From Anaerolineales bacterium (GTDB taxonomy: Bacteria; Chloroflexota; Anaerolineae; Anaerolineales; UBA4823): a DNA stretch of 64,000 nucleotides. Where the stretch lies: contig JAOSJQ010000001.1 in the NCBI GenBank assembly GCA_027494035.1, positions 69,693 to 133,692 of the forward strand, given 5' to 3'. Each line of letters opens with the position of its first letter. The stretch's first letter is position 1. A program made the translations under genes and the position numbers. The notes under the pieces were generated by a model. The model did not search any database. It saw only the letters and a program-made list of their open reading frames with translations, and had not been told where the DNA came from. Positions 29,218 through 38,748 of this stretch are shown here, piece by piece.

Positions 29218-30664
29218 GGATGTAGTACGTCGCGCGTTTATCGCCGATCTTGATCAAAATATCGCGTTCAACCAGATCGACCAGATCACGCCGCAGCGTC
29301 TCTGAGTGCACCTCCGGACACAGATCCTGATAATCCCGATTGGTAATCCGGCGATGTCGAATCAGAAAACTCACAGCCTGTTCCTGGCGCGGGTTCAGCG
29401 TAACATCCTGGAGAACTTTGAGAGTCTGTAAAGTTCTCTCCTGCGAGTCTTCTTCCACGGCGCGAAAGATCGTCACGCGGAAGACGCCCCCCGTCTCCTC
29501 AAAAACCGGCTGGCGCATTCCGTTTCGGCGCAGCGCTTCCACGACGCGTTTCAGTCCATAGCCCATTCGCTCCCCGAAGCCCATATCGGAGAGAAGCTGC
29601 ATCAGCACGGCGTTACGGGAAAACCGGGCTTCGAGCAAGTTTTCCAGCGTTACCGGCCCAGGGAGACCGCCCGGGGAAATCACTTCCAACCGGTCTGCGA
29701 ACAAATGAATATGGATGTTATCGCCCTGGTTGTTGTAGTCGCGATGCGCGGCTGCATTGATGAGCAGTTCACGCACCACTTCGAAAGGGTATTCCGGCGC
29801 TTCCTGATGCGTCAGCCCAACCAACCGTACCTGGCTGGAAATGTTCTCGCGCAAAAATGCTTCAGCCTGGCGAAGCTGATCTGGCAACGCGCCGCGGGCT
29901 TCCTTTTTGGCGAACCGGTCTGAGAGCGACCTACTGGTAAAACGCGCCATGAGGATGGTGGCGTTTGGCAGCCACTGCTGGGGCTCCTTGGCGAACATCA
30001 GCAGCCCGGCATAGGTCGGTCTCAAGACCCGGCTTATTTCATCCGCTCGATCGACAGCATTTCTCTTGGCGCTTCTTCTCCTGGTTGTCTCCGCTTCCTG
30101 ACGCCAGCGGACACACCCTCGTTTCAAGAGCAGCGGCTCAACCGGCTCAGTATCCGGCAAACCCAGCCAGCGGATGTATTCTGAAACCGCATCTGGGTCC
30201 AGGTCATCGAGCGCAGCCTCGGGGTGGGTTTGCCGCTCAAATTGAAGCGCCCCCCGTTCCATCAGTAAAGCGCGCAATTTTCGGGCTGGCAGGGGGTTTG
30301 TTTGGCTGTCCTCGCGGCCAAGATAACGCCCTTCTAGGTTATAAACATCCGGCAAGCCGGCTGGAATGCTAACCACCATGATCATCCGGTTGTCAATGAC
30401 CTCAGTATCTGGAATGGGCAGCACGAGCGGTGGATCGATGAGCAGCGCCGCCTGTAAAACGGTATCCAGGGCTTTCTCTATGTCGTGGATCCCTTGCACT
30501 TGAGGCGAGCGCGGGGCAATGCCGATTAGTATCCTCCCACCGCAGCCGTTTGCCAAACCCACCATCACGCTGGCGAGCCTGTAGACCGACACGTCAGCCG
30601 GAAACCAATGCAGCGTCGACCCTATCCCCTGCGCCAGCAAGGCGCGGATATCCTTTTCGAGCAT
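29204..30664 (-). CDS. putative ATP-binding transcriptional regulator (AlbA_2/Schlafen-like N-terminus, HATPase_c_4 region, C-terminal wHTH)
   Basis: 486 aa. ELLINAAAHRDY...IEVISPGGLPG...RNAVLMQLL...GYGLKRV matches the RecG-C-terminal-like ATPase region of this regulator family. It starts 3 nt after the lon stop. Confidence 0.7.
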   Translation of the reverse strand: MLEKDIRALLAQGIGSTLHWFPADVSVYRLASVMVGLANGCGGRILIGIAPRSPQVQGIHDIEKALDTVLQAALLIDPPLVLPIPDTEVIDNRMIMVVSIPAGLPDVYNLEGRYLGREDSQTNPLPARKLRALLMERGALQFERQTHPEAALDDLDPDAVSEYIRWLGLPDTEPVEPLLLKRGCVRWRQEAETTRRRSAKRNAVDRADEISRVLRPTYAGLLMFAKEPQQWLPNATILMARFTSRSLSDRFAKKEARGALPDQLRQAEAFLRENISSQVRLVGLTHQEAPEYPFEVVRELLINAAAHRDYNNQGDNIHIHLFADRLEVISPGGLPGPVTLENLLEARFSRNAVLMQLLSDMGFGERMGYGLKRVVEALRRNGMRQPVFEETGGVFRVTIFRAVEEDSQERTLQTLKVLQDVTLNPRQEQAVSFLIRHRRITNRDYQDLCPEVHSETLRRDLVDLVERDILIKIGDKRATYYILKAG

Positions 30665-30667
30665 GCT

Positions 30668-33194
30668 TTATTCCGATTGTTGCGCTTGTACCCGCACCGG
30701 AATGAAGTCGCCTTCAGTGGAGTCTTTTTTACGGCGTGAACGCAGCGGTCTTTTCGGCTTTTCTTCTGGAACCAAAGCGAGCTTCAAGACTTCATCCATC
30801 TGTTCGATGGGAATGATATTTAATTCACTGCGCGCCCTCTTGGGGACATCCACCAGGTCTTTTAAGTTCTTACTGGGCAAAAGTACCTTTTTAATGCCCG
30901 CGCGGTGCGCCGCCAGGACTTTTTCCCGCACTCCCCCCACCGGTAAGATCTTGCCGCGGAGCGTGATCTCTCCCGTCATGCCCACTTCGCTAAACACTTC
31001 ACGACCGGTAAAAGCCGAAGCGAGCGCGGTGCAGATTGTGATGCCCGCGCTTGGGCCATCCTTCGGTATCGCGCCTTCCGGGATATGAATGTGAATATCG
31101 ACTTGCTCGAACACTTCGTTATCAATCCCAAGCATCGCCGAGCGGGATTTGAGGAAAGACAGCGCCGCTTGAGCCGACTCTTGCATCACATTACCGATCT
31201 GACCGGTTATCTGCAGGTTGCCTTTTCCCTCCATCAGCAAGACCTCCACCGGCATAATCTCACCGCCGTTCTCGGTCCAGGCGACCGCTGTCGCCACGCC
31301 GACTTCATTCTGACGCTCCGCCTCGAGGTTGAAAAATTGAGGCGGACCGAGGAAGCGCTTCGATCGCCGAAGACCCGACGTGAGAGGGGTAGCGGCGATT
31401 CTCTGCCTTCAAGCGGACGATCTTGCGGCAAACCTTACCGATTTCCCGCTCGAGATTTCGCACCCCCGCCTCATACGTATATTCTCGGATGATCCTTTGC
31501 ACAGCCGTGTCAGCTAGTCTCAACTCGCCTTCCTGCAGCCCGTTTTCGTCAAGCTGGCGCGGGATCAGAAACAGGCGGGCGATTTCGAGCTTTTCTTCTT
31601 CGATGTAGCCTGGAAACTCGATTAACTCCATGCGGTCGATCAACGCAGGCGGGATGGTCCCCGTGGTGTTTGCCGTAGTGATGAACATCACTTTGGAAAG
31701 ATCATAGGGCAGCTCGAGATAATGGTCGGAAAACGCAAAATTCTGCTCCGGGTCGAGCACTTCTAACAAGGCTGACGCCGGGTCGCCGCGGAAATCTTGC
31801 CCGAGCTTGTCGATCTCATCCAACATAAAAAGCGGGTTGATCGTTCCTGCCCGGCGCATGGTTTGCAGAATCCGCCCGGGAAGCGCGCCGACGTAGGTGC
31901 GGCGGTGCCCGCGAATTTCAGCCTCGTCCCGCACGCCGCCCAGCGAAAGGCGCACAAATTTACGCCCCAGCGCCTCGGAAATCGAACGCCCAAGCGATGT
32001 TTTTCCGGTGCCCGGCGGACCCACAAAGCACAGGATCGGCTGGCGGGCTTTCTTTGGTTTCAAGCTCCGCACCGCGATATATTCAAGGATGCGCTCTTTG
32101 GCGCGCGGCAACCCATAATGGTCGTTCTCCAGCACGTTCGCGGCATGACGCACGTCCAGGTTGTCCTCGGTTGCGGAACTCCAGGGCAGTTCGAGAATCC
32201 ATTCGATATAGGTGCGGATAATGCCCACTTCCGGCGCCATCGAGGGCATTTGTCCCAACCGCTCGACCTCTTTCAGCGCCCGCACCTGCACTTCTTCCGG
32301 CAGCCCCGCGGAGTTGATCCGAGTTTGGAGCTCATAAATCTCGCGCATCCAGGAATCCCCCTCGCCAAGCTCGGTCTGGATGACCTTCATCTGTTCGCGC
32401 AGGTAAAATTCGCGCTGCGAGCGATCCACTTCGTTTTGGGCGCGCGAATGGATCTCGTCTTCCAACTCCAAAACGTCCGCTTCTTTAGCGAGCAGGCTGA
32501 TTACCTGCTCCAGGCGCTCCATTGGATCCAGGATTTCGAGCAAATGCTGGCGCGTGTTCAAGGGCGGCGCAATCGCGGTAACGATCATATCCGCCAGCCA
32601 GCCAGGGTCGTCGATGTTCAACGCAAAGAGATAGGCTTCCTCGGGCAGGCTGCGGTCGAGCTGCACGCATTTTTGGAACATCTCGCGCGCGGTTCGCATG
32701 GTGGCATCCGTCTGGCGGTCCAAACCGGCTGTCTCATAGATCGGTCGAGCGCGCACCACCATGTAAGGCGAGTCTTGCAGAAATTGCTCAACCTTTACCC
32801 GCCGCCGCCCCTGAACCAGGGCGGAGCTGGAATTATCCGGCATGCTTAACAGGCGGCCCACCGCCAGTTCGACTCCGACTGTAATAAAATCGCTCGCATC
32901 AGGGTGTTCCACGTCTGGGTCGCGTTGGGTCAGCGCGATCACCGTATGATCGTTGATCTGGGCTTCTTCCACCGCCAGCAGGGCATCCTCTTGCGAAATA
33001 AAGATCGGGGAAACCATGTGCGGGAAAACCACCAGGTCGTGCAGCGGCAGGACCGGGCATTCAATTAATCCGTCTTCATCGGGGGTGGCGTCGGGTACGC
33101 TGTAAAGCTCCTCCGTCCGCCGGTGCATCGCTTCGCCGAACTCTTCTTCTTCGTCTCTGGTATACCAATCATCCGATCGCATGAGTTTTCCCAT
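30668..33194 (-). CDS. lon: ATP-dependent Lon protease, frameshifted as sequenced
   Basis: ORF 31305..33194 gives the LON N-domain and AAA+ module (GPPGTGKTS). ORF 30668..31297 gives the protease domain (PKDGPSAGITI). The FLGPPQFF...VGVATAVAWT linker is readable only in the +1 frame from about 31355-31362. Confidence 0.92.
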
Positions 33195-33221
33195 CTATAA
33201 AGTTTGTTCGCCCGCATTCGT

Positions 33222-34565
33222 TCAAAGGGAATCCTGCGCGCCTCGATTGTACCAGGAATGGCGCGCCCCCGCCGCGATAAAAATACTGCCGGTAACCAGC
33301 ACGAGTTTGTCCCGCCCGGCTGTCTGTAACGCCGCGTCAAGGGCGTCCTCCACTGCTGGGACGGTTCGGGCTGGTTTACCATGCTCCTGCACCAGGGCGA
33401 TCAAAGCATCCGGCTCGATCGCGCGCGGGTGGTAGGAACGCGTAAAAATCACCTCGTCGACGCCCTGCAGCAGTTCAGCCAGCATTCCTGCGATGTCTTT
33501 GTCCTCCGAGGCTCCGAAGACCAACACGATCGCCCAGCCCTTGAAATACGCTTCCAGCGCCTGCATCAAACGCCGAGCTGAATCGCGATTATGCGCGGCG
33601 TCGATGACGAGGGGGGGGTCGCGTTGTAAAATCTCAAACCTGCCGGGCCAGTTGACGGTCCTGAACCCCTCCTGGATCGACCCTATCGAAAGCGGCAAGC
33701 TGTGGTCATTCGCAGTCCGCAAGGCGGCATACGCCGTCGCGGTGTTTTCCAATTGATGTTCGCCGAGCAGCGGAATCTGAAGCGCCACCGCCTCTGCAGA
33801 GGATTGCCGGCTATTCCATACCCGGATGGATTGTCCTTCCAGGCTGTTCTCAACGCTGACAAAGTGATAGTCCTTCCCAACCTGGATTACCGGAGCGTTT
33901 AGCCTGGCGGCGATCTTTTCGAGCGTCAAACCGGCTTCTTCTTTTTGTGGAGCGATGACCACCGGCACTTCGCTCTTGATGATGCCGCCTTTTTCAGCCG
34001 CGATCTCAGCCAGCGTTTCGCCGAGGACTTGCGTGTGGTCATAAGAAATGGACGTGATTACAGTAACATTGGGTTGAACCACGTTGGTCGCATCCAGCCG
34101 GCCTCCCAGCCCCACCTCCAGCACAACGGCAGTCGCCTTCTGTTTCGCAAAATACAACAACGCCAGGGCAGTCGTGATCTCAAAAGTGGTCATTTCGGTA
34201 CCCTGATCGAGAAAGGGGCGGATTTCGTTCACGAGGTCAACCAAATCCGTGTGCGGGATAGGCGCGCGATTAATCTGGATGCGCTCTGCATAATCCTGTA
34301 GATGAGGCGAGGTATATAAACCCACTCGATAACCGGCGGCTTCCAGGGCGCTGGCGCACAGGGCGCACACGGAGCCTTTCCCTTTGGTCCCCGCGACGTG
34401 GATGATCGGATAAGCGCGTTCCGGGTTGCCAAGAAATTCGAGAAACCGACGCATGCGGTCTAGGTTGAATTTCTCAGCCATGTTGCGCAGCCCGCGCGAC
34501 AGGCTGTAGTCGACAAAGCTATAAAGATATTCGAGCGTTTTTTGATAGGAGGTCTCAGGATCCAT
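33222..34565 (-). CDS. folC: bifunctional folylpolyglutamate synthase / dihydrofolate synthase
   Basis: P-loop HVAGTKGKGSV, Mur-ligase architecture, 447 aa. Confidence 0.9.
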   Translation of the reverse strand: MDPETSYQKTLEYLYSFVDYSLSRGLRNMAEKFNLDRMRRFLEFLGNPERAYPIIHVAGTKGKGSVCALCASALEAAGYRVGLYTSPHLQDYAERIQINRAPIPHTDLVDLVNEIRPFLDQGTEMTTFEITTALALLYFAKQKATAVVLEVGLGGRLDATNVVQPNVTVITSISYDHTQVLGETLAEIAAEKGGIIKSEVPVVIAPQKEEAGLTLEKIAARLNAPVIQVGKDYHFVSVENSLEGQSIRVWNSRQSSAEAVALQIPLLGEHQLENTATAYAALRTANDHSLPLSIGSIQEGFRTVNWPGRFEILQRDPPLVIDAAHNRDSARRLMQALEAYFKGWAIVLVFGASEDKDIAGMLAELLQGVDEVIFTRSYHPRAIEPDALIALVQEHGKPARTVPAVEDALDAALQTAGRDKLVLVTGSIFIAAGARHSWYNRGAQDSL

Positions 34566-34627
34566 AAGTTTAGCGATTCTACCCGCCCAGGGGTTTCAAG
34601 ACAAGGGGACGCGAAAAACCCGAATGA

Positions 34628-35311
34628 ATGGATGGTAAAATCCACCCTGTGTTAAGGAGAGTATTTCGAATGATCATTTGGGTTATCGGTTTGATACTCA
34701 TTGCAGCGGCTGTAGTCCTGACCTTGCCGCGGTTGGTCACGTCTATTTACGCAATGCCGCGCACATTTACGGTTGAAAGTGCGCCGCCCTCGCGCGTGGC
34801 AATCGTCTTTGGCGCGGGACTGTGGCGCGACGGCAGCCCCACTCCGGTTCTGCGCGATCGCGTGGCGACCGCCGCTCAGCTTTACTTCTCGGGGCGGGTG
34901 GAAAAATTGCTCCTGAGCGGGGACAATAGCGAAACTCACTACAATGAGCCGGGCGCAATGCGCGAATACGCTCTGACGCTCGGCATTCCAGACGAAGCGA
35001 TCGTTTTAGATTACGCCGGCAGGCGGACTTATGACACCTGTTTCCGAGCGCGGGCGATCTTCGGCATCGAAGAGGCGATTTTAGTGACCCAGCAATTTCA
35101 TCTCCCACGCGCCTTGTACGTTTGCAACCGACTCGGCATCCACGCAGCCGGCGTGCCTGCCGACCGGCGCCAGTACAACCGGCGCTCACTGTTCTGGTGG
35201 AATCTGCGGGAAGCGCCGGCTACATTGGTTGCCTTGTGGGAGGTTCATTTCACCCGCCCGCAGCCCATCCTTGGCAAGAAAGAACCCATTTTTCCAATGG
35301 AGGTTCAATGA
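34628..35311 (+). CDS. SanA/YdcF (DUF218) family protein
   Basis: N-terminal TM helix, then LLLSGDN...YNEPGAMREYA and a DUF218 core as in SanA. Confidence 0.8.
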   Translation: MDGKIHPVLRRVFRMIIWVIGLILIAAAVVLTLPRLVTSIYAMPRTFTVESAPPSRVAIVFGAGLWRDGSPTPVLRDRVATAAQLYFSGRVEKLLLSGDNSETHYNEPGAMREYALTLGIPDEAIVLDYAGRRTYDTCFRARAIFGIEEAILVTQQFHLPRALYVCNRLGIHAAGVPADRRQYNRRSLFWWNLREAPATLVALWEVHFTRPQPILGKKEPIFPMEVQ

Positions 35312-35889
35312 ATCGCGCAGAAGCCCTCTCAATCGTACAGGAATTCGTCCAATCCGAAAATCTGCGCCGCCACATGTACGCAGTGGAAGCCGCGATGCAG
35401 TTCTACGCCGAGAAATTCGGGGAGGACGTGGAAACCTGGGGGGTTACGGGGCTCCTGCACGATTTTGACTGGGAAATCCACCCCACGCTGGACCAACACC
35501 CCCAGGCGGGAGTTCCAATCTTACAGGAACGGCATGTGCCTGAGGAGATCATCCGCGCTATTCAAAGCCACGCAGAGCATACGGGCGTACCCCGCACCAC
35601 CCGCATGGAGAAAGCCCTCATGGCGTGCGATGAAATCACGGGTCTCATCACCGCGGTGGCGCTTGTCCGGCCCTCCCGCTCTTTGCACGATCTGACGGCG
35701 TCCTCAGTCAAAAAGAAGTGGAAGGACCGCGCCTTCGCCGCCGGCGCCAATCGGGGCGAAATCGAACAAGCGGCGCTCGAATTTGGAGTGCCGCTCTGGG
35801 AGCACGTCGATAACGTTATCCTAGCAATGCGCCGGATCGCCCCCGAATTGGGTCTCGAAGGAAACCCAGTTGAAAAACCAGAAAATTAG
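35308..35889 (+). CDS. HD-domain phosphohydrolase
   Basis: The ATG at 35308 overlaps the sanA-like stop (ATGA). Contains LLHDFDWE and HAEHTG metal-binding motifs. The upstream part of track ORF 35122 overlaps the sanA-like gene in another frame. Confidence 0.8.
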   Translation: MNRAEALSIVQEFVQSENLRRHMYAVEAAMQFYAEKFGEDVETWGVTGLLHDFDWEIHPTLDQHPQAGVPILQERHVPEEIIRAIQSHAEHTGVPRTTRMEKALMACDEITGLITAVALVRPSRSLHDLTASSVKKKWKDRAFAAGANRGEIEQAALEFGVPLWEHVDNVILAMRRIAPELGLEGNPVEKPEN

Positions 35890-35895
35890 CGGATG

Positions 35896-36327
35896 TTATT
35901 CCGTGGCGATGCGGGTGCCCTTACAGGGGTCGCCGCAATAATCGATGATGCCCATCAACTCGTCAATTACCGGCTCGGTGGATACCAATGTCCGCCCGTC
36001 CTTTAGGGTCAGAAATACTTTGAGATCGTGGGTTTGCAAAACCTGCGTCACCTGACCCGTCAGGATGATCCCGACCGCTTTGTTCCAATCGACTTCGTCG
36101 CCATCCTTCAGTTCAGGATAAACGCTAACAGCCTGCGATGAGTTGGTATTGGATTCGGTTTCGCCAGTCTCGGCTGGGGCGGGTTGAGGATATGCCTCAT
36201 TTTCGGCAGGCGCTTCAGTCGCGGCAGGCAAAGTTATCTGAGAGGCGTTCGAGTTCGGAGCGGTCTGGCAGCCAGCCAGGATTACCGACACGATTGAAAC
36301 TATAAGAAAGAGACGGGCAAATTTCAT
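35896..36327 (-). CDS. lipoprotein, function unknown
   Basis: Signal peptide with lipobox (SVILAGC), a low-complexity linker and a small C-terminal domain. Confidence 0.7.
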   Translation of the reverse strand: MKFARLFLIVSIVSVILAGCQTAPNSNASQITLPAATEAPAENEAYPQPAPAETGETESNTNSSQAVSVYPELKDGDEVDWNKAVGIILTGQVTQVLQTHDLKVFLTLKDGRTLVSTEPVIDELMGIIDYCGDPCKGTRIATE

Positions 36328-36478
36328 TTATTCCTCCATCAAGCGGCTTTGGATAGGTCCTACCCCATCCAGACGCAAAATGCTCGGATAAAGATCCTTG
36401 GGGGACAGGCTCTGATGACCCGCAATTATTGCGCCAATTATAACCCATCCAAACCATAATCAGACAGGCGCGAACCGG

Positions 36479-36507
36479 TTGACAAGCGCCCTATTTTCAG
36501 CTAAACT
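36479..36507 (+). promoter_or_regulatory. sigma70-like promoter candidate (TTGACA, 17-nt spacer, TAAACT)
   Basis: -35 at 36479-36484 and -10 at 36502-36507, upstream of RBS GGAG and the ATG at 36552. Confidence 0.45.
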
Positions 36508-36551
36508 CAGATCAATCGACTATGCGCAAGCAATCGTCAACGGAGAAAATT

Positions 36552-37469
36552 ATGTCCAACGATCAGATCTCTTCTTTGCCCGAAAAAACCATCAGCCCGC
36601 ATATCAACGCCGCCAGCTTGCTCAGCCCGACCTTACAAATCTGGCGCATCTATCTGGAGGATCAAGGCGTCTCGACCCACACGGTTAAAGCCTTCCTCTC
36701 CGATCTCAACCTATTGGCTGCCTACCTGCCTCCCGATCGTCCAATTGGCGGGATTTCCACCACCGACCTCAACCAATTTCTCAATTGGCTGCAGCATGGG
36801 CGCAATGTACCGTGCAGCCCAAAGTCGCTTGCACGGCGTATTACTTCCCTCAAAGCTTTTTTTCGCTGGCTGCATCAATACGGCGCGCTCCTGGTTGACC
36901 CGGCTGAGAAGATCCCTCAAAAAACCGTCATCAGCCCGCTGCCCGTTGTACTGACACCCGCAGAAACCGACCTGATCTTGGAGGTCGCCCAAAAACATCG
37001 CACAGCTCAAAAACCAGACGCCCGCCCTTACGCCCTGGTAGCGCTGCTTCTAAACACTGCCATTAAAAAAGGCGAATGCCTGAACATCAACTGCAATCAT
37101 ATTGAGTTGGACAGCCCCACCGGACCGTTCCTGTTCGTCCGTTACGCCAGCCCGAAGAACCGCTTCAAGGAAAGAAAAATCGCGCTGCCGGAAGACTGGA
37201 TCACGGCTTATCATGAATTCGCCGCCCAATATGCGATCAAAGATCGCTTATTCCCCTGGTCTCCGCGGCGGTTAGAGTATTTGCTCGAAGATCTGAGCGC
37301 TGAAGCCGGGCTGGAAAAGCACCTCTCCTTCGATATGTGCCGCTGGACCAGCGTCCTCGTGGATTGGAAATCCGAGATGGAACATGACAAAATCCGCCAG
37401 AAGCTCGGGGTATCCAAAATCCAGTGGCGCGAGGTCAGGATAAAATTAGAGAAACTGGCGTCATACTGA
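36552..37469 (+). CDS. tyrosine recombinase (XerC/D)-like protein with degenerate active site
   Basis: N-terminal SAM-like core-binding domain (THTVKAFLSDLNLLAAYL, SLARRITSLKAFFRWL). The C-terminal domain is alignable to Xer proteins, but box I Arg reads Lys (IKKGE), the HxLRH box reads FDMCRW, and the LGH...Y box reads LGVSKIQWREV with no Tyr. Confidence 0.7.
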   Translation: MSNDQISSLPEKTISPHINAASLLSPTLQIWRIYLEDQGVSTHTVKAFLSDLNLLAAYLPPDRPIGGISTTDLNQFLNWLQHGRNVPCSPKSLARRITSLKAFFRWLHQYGALLVDPAEKIPQKTVISPLPVVLTPAETDLILEVAQKHRTAQKPDARPYALVALLLNTAIKKGECLNINCNHIELDSPTGPFLFVRYASPKNRFKERKIALPEDWITAYHEFAAQYAIKDRLFPWSPRRLEYLLEDLSAEAGLEKHLSFDMCRWTSVLVDWKSEMEHDKIRQKLGVSKIQWREVRIKLEKLASY

Positions 37470-37529
37470 TCGAGGTTTCGAAGCTGAAGCGCATCCCCTG
37501 ATTTGCCAGGCTCAAGCTATGCTTGCGCT

Positions 37530-38511
37530 TCAGCCGCCGATCTGGCTCATCGCACGGTTGAGCGGTATCTCGCCTTTCGCAAGCTGATGCCCCCACGGCT
37601 TTTCCCATATGCCTTGCTGGATCAGATGGCGCAGCTCCTGATCGGAAGCGCCAGCGCGCATCGGGCGAAGTAAATCAACTTCTTTCTCACGCAATAAGCA
37701 CAACCGCAGCCTTCCATCCGCAGTGAGGCGGACGCGCGTGCAGCTTGCACAAAAAGGTTGCGATACAGTCGCGATAAACCCTATTTCTCCGCAGCTTTTA
37801 GGGATGCGAAACAGGCGCGCTTCGCCATCAAGATTTCCATCGTTCAGGCTTTCGAGTGCGCCGTACTCGCTTTCGATGACTGTTTTAATTTGTTCTGCGG
37901 TCACCCCTTGATCCAGCCAAAAATCGGTCGAGCTGGCAAAGGGCATCATCTCTATGAAGCGAACCTGCCAGGGATGCTCGATGGTCAAACGCGCCAGTTC
38001 GACGACATCCTGCAAATTGTAGTATCGCATGACCACCGAGTTAATCTTGATGGGCGCCAATCCTGCCCGCTCTGCGGCTGCAATACCCTCCCAAACGTCC
38101 TCGATTTCCCCTCTACGGGTCATACTTTGAAACTTGAACGGGTCAAGCGTATCCAGGCTGAAGTTGACCCGCTGCAAGCCCGCTTGCGCAAGCGGACCAG
38201 CCAGCCGTGAAAAAAAGGATCCCGTTCGTGGTTATCGAAAGCGACCGTACGCCCGGCACAGATGCCATCGCCCGAACAAGCTCGACCACCCCTGCCCGCA
38301 CAGTCGGTTCCCCACCAGTCAGCCGAAATTTAACGAAACCCAAACCGACAAATAAGCGCACCAAACGCAAGATCTCAGCGTCCTGCATCAATTCTGCGTT
38401 TGGTTGGAAACGGATATCCTCCGGCATACAATAAACACACCGTAAATTACAATGATCCGTCAGGCTGATTCGCAAGTAGTTGATCCGTCTGCCATACCGA
38501 TCGAACGCCAT
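37530..38511 (-). CDS. moaA: GTP 3',8-cyclase MoaA (radical SAM), frameshifted as sequenced
   Basis: CNLRCVYC cluster motif in ORF 38143..38511, with the C-terminal half in ORF 37530..38177. Removing one base from the 7-nt A/T run at 38210-38216 restores NGILFSRLAGPLAQAGLQRVNFSLDTLD. Confidence 0.9.
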
Positions 38512-38595
38512 GCTAACTCCAAATATTCCACAACCGAAAGCAATCAGATAAAAGACCTAATCCACACCTGGCTGGTCTGCCGCCTGAAAACCAAC

Positions 38596-38718
38596 TCATT
38601 TCGCGATCAAGGAAATGACCATCGAAAAGATGACGAAAAGCCCAATCACAACCGCAATGGCTTGCTGGATGCGGAGGTTTCTTTGCTCCCTGTTAGAACG
38701 AACACTTTTCTTTGCCAT
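38596..38718 (-). CDS. small single-TM protein (40 aa), not in the supplied ORF track
   Basis: My own translation gives MAKKSVRSNREQRNLRIQQAIAVVIGLFVIFSMVISLIAK: a basic N-terminus plus one hydrophobic helix. It lies between uvrC and moaA on the same strand and has a weak SD (AGGG). Confidence 0.35.
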   Translation of the reverse strand: MAKKSVRSNREQRNLRIQQAIAVVIGLFVIFSMVISLIAK

Positions 38719-38748
38719 AAACGCCCTGCTTTCTATGAAAACAATCTA

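Noticed and set aside
38512-38595. Moco riboswitch upstream of moaA, and likewise upstream of msrP at 51118-51341.
   Set aside because: - The moaA leader is only about 85 nt.
- I could not find the conserved Moco-motif elements in either leader by eye.
- This cannot be claimed without a covariance-model scan.
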